From the sequence record PV340856.1: DNA of 64,000 bases, one strand, 5' to 3'. The notes beneath the pieces are model-generated. The model saw nothing but the letters and a program-made list of their open reading frames with translations. It did not search any database and was not told the DNA's origin. Positions 55,006-62,548 of the stretch are shown in pieces. Each line of letters opens with the position of its first letter. Position 1 is the stretch's first letter. Both the position numbers and the translations under genes were made by a program.

Positions 55006-55170
55006 ATGAACACACTTACTATCATCAAAAAGCAAATCGAGAAAGCAGCACGTCTGCATGACGCACAAATTCTTCACACTACATATCGTGGTGTAAAGTA
55101 TGAGTGCAAGCAAGAAGGCGAAGAAGTACATGGTACTTTCTGCTATCGCGGTCGCAACTACAGTAAGTGA
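55006..55170 (+). CDS. DUF4278-family peptide (IF17/GifB-like, YRG motifs)
   Basis: Own translation MNTLTIIKKQIEKAARLHDAQILHTTYRGVKYECKQEGEEVHGTFCYRGRNYSK. Confidence 0.75.
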   Translation: MNTLTIIKKQIEKAARLHDAQILHTTYRGVKYECKQEGEEVHGTFCYRGRNYSK

Positions 55171-55174
55171 TGTC

Positions 55175-55267
55175 ATGGAAGCACTACAAATTGTAGGGTC
55201 AATTACCCTTGGTTGTGTTGCGGCGATGACATTACTTTACGGAGAGATTCTTCTCCTCCAAAAATAA
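55175..55267 (+). CDS. 30-aa hydrophobic peptide
   Basis: Own translation MEALQIVGSITLGCVAAMTLLYGEILLLQK. Confidence 0.55.
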   Translation: MEALQIVGSITLGCVAAMTLLYGEILLLQK

Positions 55268-55269
55268 AC

Positions 55270-55297
55270 AAGAGGGGTTGTCACCCCTCTTTTTTTA
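55270..55297 (+). terminator. Intrinsic terminator (copy 1 of a 21-bp direct repeat)
   Basis: AGAGGGGT-TGTC-ACCCCTCT followed by Ts. Confidence 0.85.
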
Positions 55298-55470
55298 TCT
55301 TTACATACTTTGTATAGTCTAGTATACAAAAGATAAGAGTTAATGCAATACGTAGCGATTCCGTCAGAGTTTGCTAACATTTGTCCTATATAATTTACGA
55401 ATTTGGAAAAGTCTTATGAAATGAAACCCCCCAATTTTTATTATATGAAAATTATACGTGGAGGTGGACA

Positions 55471-55650
55471 ATGCACAACATCATGTCTCGCAGTCAATTG
55501 AACGAATGGCGTCATTTTGAAGAAACCGTTGATCAGCTCGAGTCTGAAATAGATAGAATCAATGACTACTATGAGTGTTTAATTGAGTGTGACGACACAC
55601 AAGCAACTTGCAAACGTATCTGTAGGAGAATATTAGATTACAGTAGGTAG
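55471..55650 (+). CDS. 59-aa Cys-rich peptide (YYECLIEC...CKRIC)
   Basis: Own translation; strong GGAGGTGG SD. Confidence 0.75.
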   Translation: MHNIMSRSQLNEWRHFEETVDQLESEIDRINDYYECLIECDDTQATCKRICRRILDYSR

Positions 55651-55670
55651 GTAAAACCGATGTTTCCTAT

Positions 55671-55698
55671 AAGAGGGGTTGTCACCCCTCTCTTTTTA
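55671..55698 (+). terminator. Intrinsic terminator (copy 2 of the 21-bp direct repeat)
   Basis: AAGAGGGGTTGTCACCCCTCT, identical to 55270-55290. Confidence 0.85.
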
Positions 55699-55731
55699 TG
55701 GTAGCATCTAAATATTATCTTTGGAGGGTGT

Positions 55732-55896
55732 ATGAATTCTTCTGATATTACTCTGTCTAGTACGGCAAAGATGTTTGAGTATGAGAAGATGGCCAGAGAG
55801 ATTGATGCATGTAATGATGTAGAAACTCTCAAAGAAATGCTCAGATGTCAAGTAAAGATGTATATGAAACTTCAGGAAACCGTAGCAAGAATTTAA
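55732..55896 (+). CDS. nblA: NblA-like phycobilisome degradation protein
   Basis: Own translation MNSSDITLSSTAKMFEYEKMAREIDACNDVETLKEMLRCQVKMYMKLQETVARI. It is 54 aa, helix-loop-helix, with the L(S/T)xxxxF pattern of NblA; GGAGG SD; ctaaata upstream. Confidence 0.6.
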   Translation: MNSSDITLSSTAKMFEYEKMAREIDACNDVETLKEMLRCQVKMYMKLQETVARI

Positions 55897-55897
55897 A

Positions 55898-56476
55898 GTG
55901 ACACTTATATACAATGGTCCAATTTTTCCAGAACCAAATTATTTGCACATAAGATCGGAAAATTGGGAAAGTAAAAAGAAAATATTGCTTTCTATATTAC
56001 GGTCTGATAAATTGGTAAAAGATGATATGGATGGAACTCGCGTCTATACGGATTATCATCATCAACTGGATAGAAATCTTGATTATTACTCTAGTGACTT
56101 GCCCACAATATTTGAAAACGAATTAGAAATTGCTCTTCATGAATTAAAGGCTTTTGATTTTAAAATTATAACATCTTGGTTTGAAAATTCGGAAAAATAT
56201 TGTTGCCATGGAATTCATAATCATGGATCTGTTGGTCATAGTGCAGTTTGTTTTGTGGAATATGACGAAAAAGAACATCTTCCTACTAAGTTTCTGAGTA
56301 GTTCATTGCTTCCTACTACTCATGAAGCAATGATTCATGTGCCCCCAAATGTAAAAGAGGGTGATATTATCATATTTCCTTCAAATGTAATGCATTTCAC
56401 CGATCCTGTCGTATCAGATAAATCTCGCCTAATTATTTCTTGGAATATAAGATTTGAGTTCAATGATTATCAATGA
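55898..56476 (+). CDS. 2OG-Fe(II) oxygenase superfamily protein
   Basis: SWF...HGIHNH...SAVCFVEYD...EGDIIIFPSNVMH...R.IISWNI. Confidence 0.85.
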   Translation: MTLIYNGPIFPEPNYLHIRSENWESKKKILLSILRSDKLVKDDMDGTRVYTDYHHQLDRNLDYYSSDLPTIFENELEIALHELKAFDFKIITSWFENSEKYCCHGIHNHGSVGHSAVCFVEYDEKEHLPTKFLSSSLLPTTHEAMIHVPPNVKEGDIIIFPSNVMHFTDPVVSDKSRLIISWNIRFEFNDYQ

Positions 56477-56687
56477 AGGCGACAATGTTGTATTTCTTGG
56501 GTGTTCTCCCGAACAAGTAAAGTGGGGGAATAATGACGATCCCAATGAAATCTTGGAAATAGGTTCTACATATAAGGTGGTATCAGTTGACATTCATAGT
56601 CAACATACTAAAATATCTTTGGATGGATTTTTGGGTAAATTTAATAGTGTTTGCTTTTCTAAAGAATATGCTTCTCAGGAGACATGA
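56463..56687 (+). CDS. Small hypothetical protein
   Basis: GD.VVFLGCS.EQVKWGNNDDP...G.FNSVCF. Confidence 0.65.
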   Translation: MIINEGDNVVFLGCSPEQVKWGNNDDPNEILEIGSTYKVVSVDIHSQHTKISLDGFLGKFNSVCFSKEYASQET

Positions 56688-57151
56688 TACGGATATCTAA
56701 ATATCCAGATTATGAAGAAATAAATCCAAAGTTAATCGAATGGATTGATTTCTTACCTAATATGGGTGAGGATGAGGACACCAATCTATATGTTCATAAA
56801 AGAACTCCATATAATTGTTATCCATCAGTATTCAAAGAACTTGGCAGATGGGTTTTGAAAACATTTCAAATTTCTGAACCACGGGTATCCGTTCACTCAG
56901 AAATTTGGGGAGCTGTTTATAATGAGGGACATTATGCTAAAGTTCATACTCATGGTGATGATACCACCTCTTTTGTTTATTATGTAAATGCTCCACCTGG
57001 ATCTTCACCAATAGTTTTTCCCGACCTAGGGAAACAGTTTGATCCAGAACCTGGACTTTGCATAGTATTTGATGGAAAGGAACGACATGAAGTTCCTGAA
57101 AACAATTCACATAATAGAATTATCATAGCAGGAAACTTTTACACAAAATAA
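56684..57151 (+). CDS. 2OG-Fe(II) oxygenase superfamily protein (paralogue of 27707-28312)
   Basis: WGAVYNEGHYAKVHTH...SFVYYVNAPPGSSP...HEV...R.IIAGNF. Confidence 0.85.
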   Translation: MIRISKYPDYEEINPKLIEWIDFLPNMGEDEDTNLYVHKRTPYNCYPSVFKELGRWVLKTFQISEPRVSVHSEIWGAVYNEGHYAKVHTHGDDTTSFVYYVNAPPGSSPIVFPDLGKQFDPEPGLCIVFDGKERHEVPENNSHNRIIIAGNFYTK

Positions 57152-57152
57152 C

Positions 57153-57287
57153 ATGGAAAACCTATCAGAAAAACAACTTCTAGTTATTCTAGATTCTCTT
57201 CGGAACACTCAAGCAAGATACACTGTTGGCGATAGATTTTGGCAAGACTATCAAGAAATTATTGACTTTCTAAAAAAGAAAAATTGA
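57153..57287 (+). CDS. 44-aa hypothetical protein
   Basis: Own translation MENLSEKQLLVILDSLRNTQARYTVGDRFWQDYQEIIDFLKKKN. Confidence 0.5.
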   Translation: MENLSEKQLLVILDSLRNTQARYTVGDRFWQDYQEIIDFLKKKN

Positions 57288-57292
57288 GCATC

Positions 57293-57544
57293 ATGAACCA
57301 ATCAGCAAAATGCCACATCGCAGAGGCAACTAAACATATTCGTAGTGCTATTAAGTATTCTGCTGAAACTGACGATACCGATTTGATCTGTAAATTGACC
57401 GAAGTATTGCAACTATTTGATAGCTGGGTAGAGACTAAGACTAAGGAGATTTCAGAAACTGGAATTTTGAATAATACTAAATTCAGATGGAAAAATGAAT
57501 ATTCTTTCGTTCCCGCTTTACAAACAAGTGATGATGTTCTATAG
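57293..57544 (+). CDS. Hypothetical protein
   Basis: ATG 57293 within provided ORF 57284-57544. Confidence 0.6.
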   Translation: MNQSAKCHIAEATKHIRSAIKYSAETDDTDLICKLTEVLQLFDSWVETKTKEISETGILNNTKFRWKNEYSFVPALQTSDDVL

Positions 57545-57565
57545 TATAAAAACCGTTATCATATT

Positions 57566-57862
57566 ATGAATACTTTTCTCACTATCATACTGAGTAATTT
57601 TGTTTTTTATGTTTTAATTAGAATTAATCTAGTTAAAAAATTTCGCAATTCATACTCCATTTGGATTAAAGATGGTGACGGCAATCGACAAACATTATCG
57701 GATACTATTGCTTATTTGATCGAACAAAATCAAATTCAAGAAAAAAGAATTATGTATTTGGTCGATGAAATAGAACAACAATGGTTGAACATTGAACAAA
57801 TTAAAACAGCTACAGGAACGGAACGTTTTTGTAGTGATAGGGAGGTAAAAAACCGTGTATGA
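57566..57862 (+). CDS. Membrane-anchored coiled-coil hypothetical protein
   Basis: N-terminal TM segment. Confidence 0.6.
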   Translation: MNTFLTIILSNFVFYVLIRINLVKKFRNSYSIWIKDGDGNRQTLSDTIAYLIEQNQIQEKRIMYLVDEIEQQWLNIEQIKTATGTERFCSDREVKNRV

Positions 57863-58025
57863 GGAACTAAATTGCTTTGAAGAAGCACTAAAACACTTTG
57901 GAACAAGAGTTGAGATCATTACTGCCATGGAAATGGCAAGAAAAATTTCTGCAGAAGATGCATATCAACTGATCAAAGACGAACTTAAAAGTGTAAAAAA
58001 ATGTCGTAAGGAGTGTAAGTCATGA
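57855..58025 (+). CDS. 56-aa hypothetical protein
   Basis: Own translation from GTG after GGAGG SD: MYEELNCFEEALKHFGTRVEIITAMEMARKISAEDAYQLIKDELK... Confidence 0.65.
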   Translation: MYEELNCFEEALKHFGTRVEIITAMEMARKISAEDAYQLIKDELKSVKKCRKECKS

Positions 58026-58675
58026 AAATTTTCTTAGATACTGCCAATTTTGATGAAATTCAAAAAAGAGACTCAACTGGTCTCATTGATGGAGTTACCA
58101 CCAATCCATCTCTTATCCTAAAGAGTGGTGGAGATCCTGTAGAGGTCATTAAACGTATTTCTGGGGAGTTTCCACACTTCGAGTCTATTTCCGCTGAAGT
58201 GGTTGCGGACAATGCTCCTGAAATGATTGATCAAGCTCAGGCTTTCAAGGAACTGCATAATGTTACAATTAAAGTACCTTGCACTGTTGAGGGACTAAAG
58301 GCATGTAAGGCTTTGCGTGGTGATGGATTCACTACTAATGTTACTCTCGTATTCTCTGTTGCTCAGGCAATTTTGGCTGCGAAATCAGATGCAACCTATG
58401 TCTCTCCATTTGTTGGCCGACTCAATGACAATTCTTTCAGTGGTGTAGAACTTGTGCGTTCCATCTCCATGTGTTATAGAGAACATATGGTTCGCACTAA
58501 TATTCTTTCAGCATCTCTTCGTGATGTTCATCACGTATCTAGATGTTTCGCTTATGGTTCCGAAGTATGCACTCTTCCCGTTGGAATTTTTGATAAAATG
58601 TATAATCACATTTTGACGGACAGTGGTTTGGAACGTTTTCAAAAAGATTGGGATTCAATTAATGGCACTAAGTAA
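58022..58675 (+). CDS. talC: Transaldolase (TalC/FSA type)
   Basis: MKIFLDTA, GVTTNPSLI, VTIKVP, TNVTLVFS.AQA, YVSPFVGRL.D, ILSASLR. Confidence 0.97.
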   Translation: MKIFLDTANFDEIQKRDSTGLIDGVTTNPSLILKSGGDPVEVIKRISGEFPHFESISAEVVADNAPEMIDQAQAFKELHNVTIKVPCTVEGLKACKALRGDGFTTNVTLVFSVAQAILAAKSDATYVSPFVGRLNDNSFSGVELVRSISMCYREHMVRTNILSASLRDVHHVSRCFAYGSEVCTLPVGIFDKMYNHILTDSGLERFQKDWDSINGTK

Positions 58676-58865
58676 ATCAGTATTAGAATCACTTAAAGAC
58701 TCAGAATCTAGTTTGCGTAATGCACTTGCTTTTTCCGCTAGGTCCGAAAGACCTTTTGTTGCAAAAACAATTGCAACTATGATTGCAGAACTTGATAGTT
58801 TAATTCATATAGATAGTTTGATGGACACTATGGAACATTCATTGGAAGATACTAATAATGAGTGA
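58662..58865 (+). CDS. Small hypothetical protein
   Basis: MALSKSVLESL...LRNALAFSAR.E. Confidence 0.7.
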   Translation: MALSKSVLESLKDSESSLRNALAFSARSERPFVAKTIATMIAELDSLIHIDSLMDTMEHSLEDTNNE

Positions 58866-59061
58866 AGACTGGAGATATACTGAAGAACGCATGAATCTTC
58901 GACAAGAAGTATTTCTAGCACTCAAAAAATACAACACACTTTCAAATGTCCGCTTCCTCTACGAATTTTGTCATGACTGGGTATCGCAAGGAAACCAGTC
59001 GGTATCAAACTGCGAGCAGCACTTTCTCCAATATAGAGAACAGGTTGCAACTAAAACCTGA
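58858..59061 (+). CDS. Small hypothetical protein
   Basis: MSEDWRYTEERMNLRQ...YEFCHDWV. Confidence 0.7.
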   Translation: MSEDWRYTEERMNLRQEVFLALKKYNTLSNVRFLYEFCHDWVSQGNQSVSNCEQHFLQYREQVATKT

Positions 59062-59065
59062 TTGC

Positions 59066-59221
59066 ATGGTCAAGATTCAAACGGCACCAGATCAATACGT
59101 TACGGGTAGAGTTCTTGTTATTCTAGATAGATACTTTACAGTTTGTATAAATGAAACTACGTTAACCGCATTATGTGTTTTTCGTGAAAACTGGTCCGAA
59201 GTAGAATTACTATCATTATAA
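59066..59221 (+). CDS. Small hypothetical protein
   Basis: MVKIQTAPDQYVTGRV...YFTVCI. Confidence 0.5.
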   Translation: MVKIQTAPDQYVTGRVLVILDRYFTVCINETTLTALCVFRENWSEVELLSL

Positions 59222-59226
59222 AAAAC

Positions 59227-59460
59227 ATGTTTACAATTTACGGAAAAGAAGATTGTGGTATGTGCCACAAACTAAAAATGGTATTGGAACTGTTGGGGAA
59301 GGACTATGATTATCTCCTTCTAGGGGAAGATTATAGTGAGGAGGATTTTGAAATTAAATTCCCAGGAAAAACTCTCATGCCTCAAGTGGAAAAGGACGGT
59401 GTATATGTCGGTAACGGCAATGAAACGGTTCAATATCTAAAAGAACAACGCATTTTTTAA
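59227..59460 (+). CDS. grx: Glutaredoxin (second copy; T4 NrdC-like)
   Basis: MFTIYGKEDCGMC; TLMPQV; YVG. Confidence 0.88.
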   Translation: MFTIYGKEDCGMCHKLKMVLELLGKDYDYLLLGEDYSEEDFEIKFPGKTLMPQVEKDGVYVGNGNETVQYLKEQRIF

Positions 59461-59634
59461 GTGGAACGTCATAACTTTCACATAAATAAAGGTGTGGAAT
59501 TAATATTAAGGGGGGAACCAAAGCCTAAAGACGAAAGGAACACCTGGGAGGTGAGCTTTGGAAAATTGGTTTCTCTTTTCAAACGAGAATACGACTTCTT
59601 TTTCAAGGTTTCACTAAACATAAAAAAGAAGTAA
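59461..59634 (+). CDS. 57-aa hypothetical protein
   Basis: Own translation from GTG: ...HINKGVELILRG...LFKREYDFFFKVSLNIKKK. Confidence 0.55.
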   Translation: MERHNFHINKGVELILRGEPKPKDERNTWEVSFGKLVSLFKREYDFFFKVSLNIKKK

Positions 59635-59653
59635 GACCTCGGAGGAAAGACTC

Positions 59654-59881
59654 ATGGATGCTGCAATTATTGCGATATTTTGTCTACTTAGTGTGACATT
59701 ACTACTCGTCGGTGGTATAATTGGTTGGCTTGCACAACAAAACAACCTGTTTATCTCACAGACAGTACCCGCCCTCCATCCAGAAATGTATGATGAAAAT
59801 GGTAATGTTTTGCCAGATGAAATTTTAGCTGTACGATTTGAGAATGACTATGACGACGAAGAAACCTACGACGAGGATTAG
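59654..59881 (+). CDS. Small single-TM protein (HPEMYDENGN...LAVRFE)
   Basis: GGAGG SD; TM segment; acidic tail. Confidence 0.7.
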   Translation: MDAAIIAIFCLLSVTLLLVGGIIGWLAQQNNLFISQTVPALHPEMYDENGNVLPDEILAVRFENDYDDEETYDED

Positions 59882-60404
59882 AAAGACTACCGTCAAATCC
59901 ACGTCAAGTAAACCCAAAACGGTGGCAGTCAAAAAGAAAGAACTGCCACCCAATCCTATGGTCCATGAACTTCTGGAAGCAGTTGATTCCGAAAGAGTCA
60001 AAACCAAAAAAATCTCCCTACTCAAGCAACATGGAGATAATTCTGTTAAGAGTCTCTTTATTTGGAACTTTGATGAAACTGTAGTTTCTATGCTTCCAGA
60101 AGGTGATGTTCCTTATCAACCAGTAGATAGTGATCAAATCACTAATAAAGAAGCTGGAGTAGCAAATCGTAGCACTATTCGTGCTAAAGCTGATATGTTC
60201 TATAATTTCGTAAAAGGTGGTAACGATGGGCTGAATAAGATCAAGAGAGAGTCTATGTTCATTGGTCTTCTTGAGACTTTACATCCATCAGAAGCTGATT
60301 TGCTCATTCTTGTTAAGGATAAACTTCTCGGAACCAAATATAAAATTACTAAAGAGTTGGTATCGGAAGCATATCCAGATATTCAGTGGGGAGGGCGTAG
60401 TTGA
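59838..60404 (+). CDS. Conserved T4-like hypothetical protein (DUF6433-like; ATG 59850 alternative)
   Basis: LPEGDVPY, YNFVKGG, RESMFIGLLE.LHP.EA..L..VKD. Confidence 0.75.
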   Translation: MRMTMTTKKPTTRIRKTTVKSTSSKPKTVAVKKKELPPNPMVHELLEAVDSERVKTKKISLLKQHGDNSVKSLFIWNFDETVVSMLPEGDVPYQPVDSDQITNKEAGVANRSTIRAKADMFYNFVKGGNDGLNKIKRESMFIGLLETLHPSEADLLILVKDKLLGTKYKITKELVSEAYPDIQWGGRS

Positions 60405-60658
60405 GTAAAATAACTATTCTCCATTCAAAATGTGATCCGAATCTCGCACAAGATAAAAATCTTCCATATACCGCTTACTTACTTGAATATGTTGATGGTG
60501 AAACCACATGTTACGACATTGCAATGTCATCCAAAAAAGTAGATCTTTTTGATCATTACTGGGATACGTACAATACTGGGTTCAAAAATATGACCCAGAC
60601 AGAAGGTAGAATCAATCCCAAACTTTATGGATACGGCAAAGAAAAAAAGAAAAAATGA
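60401..60658 (+). CDS. Small hypothetical protein
   Basis: LPYTAYL.EY...KKVDLFDHYWD...QTEGRINPKL. Confidence 0.7.
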   Translation: MSKITILHSKCDPNLAQDKNLPYTAYLLEYVDGETTCYDIAMSSKKVDLFDHYWDTYNTGFKNMTQTEGRINPKLYGYGKEKKKK

Positions 60659-60786
60659 CGGAAGAAAACCCCAAAGTAAAAGTAAGTGTTGATATGGATG
60701 AGTTTAATAAACTCATGAAAACTTATAAAAAACAAAAAAAGTATCTCAAATCAAACATTTTTGAAATTACCCGACTTACAAAATGA
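60655..60786 (+). CDS. 43-aa basic peptide
   Basis: Own translation; ATGA overlaps at both ends. Confidence 0.55.
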   Translation: MTEENPKVKVSVDMDEFNKLMKTYKKQKKYLKSNIFEITRLTK

Positions 60787-61262
60787 ATTACGAAATCATT
60801 GACAATTTTTTGCCTGAAGAGGTATATAAGACTGTCAATGAGGTAATGTTGGGACAAGAAATGGACTGGAGTTTTAATCGTGGAGTAAACAGACCCAATG
60901 ATGGGTTTTATCAGTTTACCCACGTTTTTTATTCTAATCATCAACCAGTGAGTAGATTTTACCCACTGATTCAACCCATTATTGATCAAATTAATCCAGT
61001 TGCTATTGTTAGGATAAAAGCTAACATGCATATTCAACAACCTGAAAAAATTCAGCATGGTTTTCATTATGATGTTGACAATTGCACCACAGCAATATAC
61101 TATGTAAATACAAATAACGGGAAAACCGTTTTTGAAAATGGCATGGAGGTTGATAGTGTAGGTAATCGTCTCTTCGTTTTTGATTCAAATGAAGAACATA
61201 CGGGAACCACAAGCACAGACACTCTCCAAAGATGTGTTATTAATTTCAACTATTTTGTTTAA
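60783..61262 (+). CDS. 2OG-Fe(II) oxygenase superfamily protein
   Basis: IIDNFL, RIKANM, GFHYD..TAIYYVNTNNG.T.F, NRL..FD...HTG, R.VINFNY. Confidence 0.88.
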   Translation: MNYEIIDNFLPEEVYKTVNEVMLGQEMDWSFNRGVNRPNDGFYQFTHVFYSNHQPVSRFYPLIQPIIDQINPVAIVRIKANMHIQQPEKIQHGFHYDVDNCTTAIYYVNTNNGKTVFENGMEVDSVGNRLFVFDSNEEHTGTTSTDTLQRCVINFNYFV

Positions 61263-61275
61263 TGTGGTATAATCT

Positions 61276-61443
61276 ATGAACAAAGATCGACTAAAACTTA
61301 TCATAAAGAATTTAGAACTTCTTGTTAATGCTCTTAAATCCGAAGTCTATTCGGATGTAGAGTCTTACACTACTTCTTCCAAAGATCAAAAATCACAATT
61401 TTTTTATCAAGGTAGAGATGATGACGACGGCTATCCTGATTGA
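61276..61443 (+). CDS. 55-aa hypothetical protein
   Basis: Own translation MNKDRLKLIIKNLELLVNALKSEVYSD...DDDDGYPD. Confidence 0.65.
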   Translation: MNKDRLKLIIKNLELLVNALKSEVYSDVESYTTSSKDQKSQFFYQGRDDDDGYPD

Positions 61444-61446
61444 TTA

Positions 61447-62085
61447 ATGAACAGCGCAAAACTTATCACTATTACTCCTGATGCGGAGAAACTCATGGCT
61501 TATGTTGCCAGAGTATCAAATCCAGCTAATCAGGACAATGAAAACTATGCAGGTCTCCTTCGATACTGCATCAAACACAATCATTGGAGTGTGTTTGAAC
61601 AGAGTTCTATGACTCTTGAACTTGAGACTACAAGGGCTATAGCGGCTCAAGTGCTGAGGCACCGTTCGTTCACATATCAAGAGTTTTCGCAACGGTATGC
61701 TAGTACTCAACTCCTTTCTGAAGATATTCCTGTACCTGATCTTCGTCGGCAAGATACTAAAAACAGGCAGAATTCTACAGATGATTTGGACCTTCTAACG
61801 AAAGTTCAACTTATGAGTAAGATTGAAGAACACTTCATGAAGAGTCGTGTTCTCTATGAAGAACTTCTTCTACATGACGTGGCTAAAGAATGTGCTCGCA
61901 TGGTGATGCCGCTTGCTACGCCGACAAAAATCTACATGACGGGCACATGTCGTTCTTGGATTCATTATATCGAATTGCGGTCTGCAAATGGAACGCAAAA
62001 AGAACATATGGATCTTGCAGAATCCTGCAAACAAATTTTTATTGAACAATTTCCCACAGTATCTGAAGCACTTGAATGGTCATGA
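61447..62085 (+). CDS. thyX: FAD-dependent thymidylate synthase
   Basis: ARVSN, HWSVFEQ, RHRSFTYQEFSQRY, KECARMV.P, RSWIHYI.LR. Confidence 0.97.
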   Translation: MNSAKLITITPDAEKLMAYVARVSNPANQDNENYAGLLRYCIKHNHWSVFEQSSMTLELETTRAIAAQVLRHRSFTYQEFSQRYASTQLLSEDIPVPDLRRQDTKNRQNSTDDLDLLTKVQLMSKIEEHFMKSRVLYEELLLHDVAKECARMVMPLATPTKIYMTGTCRSWIHYIELRSANGTQKEHMDLAESCKQIFIEQFPTVSEALEWS

Positions 62086-62306
62086 AACTATTAACACTTG
62101 AAGATTATCAAAAAGCAGGAGAAACTTTCTGGCCTAAGTATTGGTACATTGCCAAAGAACTTGGTGAAGATGCTAAATCGGAGGACATCTTGAAAGTTAT
62201 GGAAGCAGTTGGTGGTATTGCATTAAAACTTGCACTAGAAAAGAAAGATGGTCCTTTCGGATTTAATAAAGAGAAGGAGGAAGATGGCGACGTACCCAGT
62301 AGTTAA
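62082..62306 (+). CDS. Small hypothetical protein
   Basis: LEDYQKAGETFWPKYWYIAKELG. Confidence 0.7.
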   Translation: MKLLTLEDYQKAGETFWPKYWYIAKELGEDAKSEDILKVMEAVGGIALKLALEKKDGPFGFNKEKEEDGDVPSS

Positions 62307-62544
62307 CACAAAAACGGGGGAAACCCAAGAAGTGACGATGAGCGTTCACGATTGGGATCAGTGGAAAGAAGATAATCCCGAATGGATTCGAGACTTTTCC
62401 GACCCTAGTACTTGTCCTGGTGTTGGTGAAGTTGGTGAGTGGCAAGATAAACTCGTCAATAAGCACCCAGGTTGGAACGAAGTTCTCAAGAAATCAGAGA
62501 AATCTGCTGGTATCCGAGGACGAAGGAATAAACTATCACGATAG
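62284..62544 (+). CDS. Small hypothetical protein upstream of phoH
   Basis: MATYPVVNTKTGE...; GGAGG SD. Confidence 0.7.
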   Translation: MATYPVVNTKTGETQEVTMSVHDWDQWKEDNPEWIRDFSDPSTCPGVGEVGEWQDKLVNKHPGWNEVLKKSEKSAGIRGRRNKLSR

Positions 62545-62548
62545 AATT

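Noticed and set aside
55309-55330. Second NtcA site
   Set aside because: Spacing is TGTA-N10-TACA, not N8; kept only as an unassigned palindrome.
55471-55650. CP12
   Set aside because: It lacks the AWDxVEEL motif and the C-terminal C-x8-C-(x)-YD pattern.
62420-62548. N-terminal extension of PhoH
   Set aside because: It overlaps the upstream gene; ATG 62549 (MARRKR) fits the family start.
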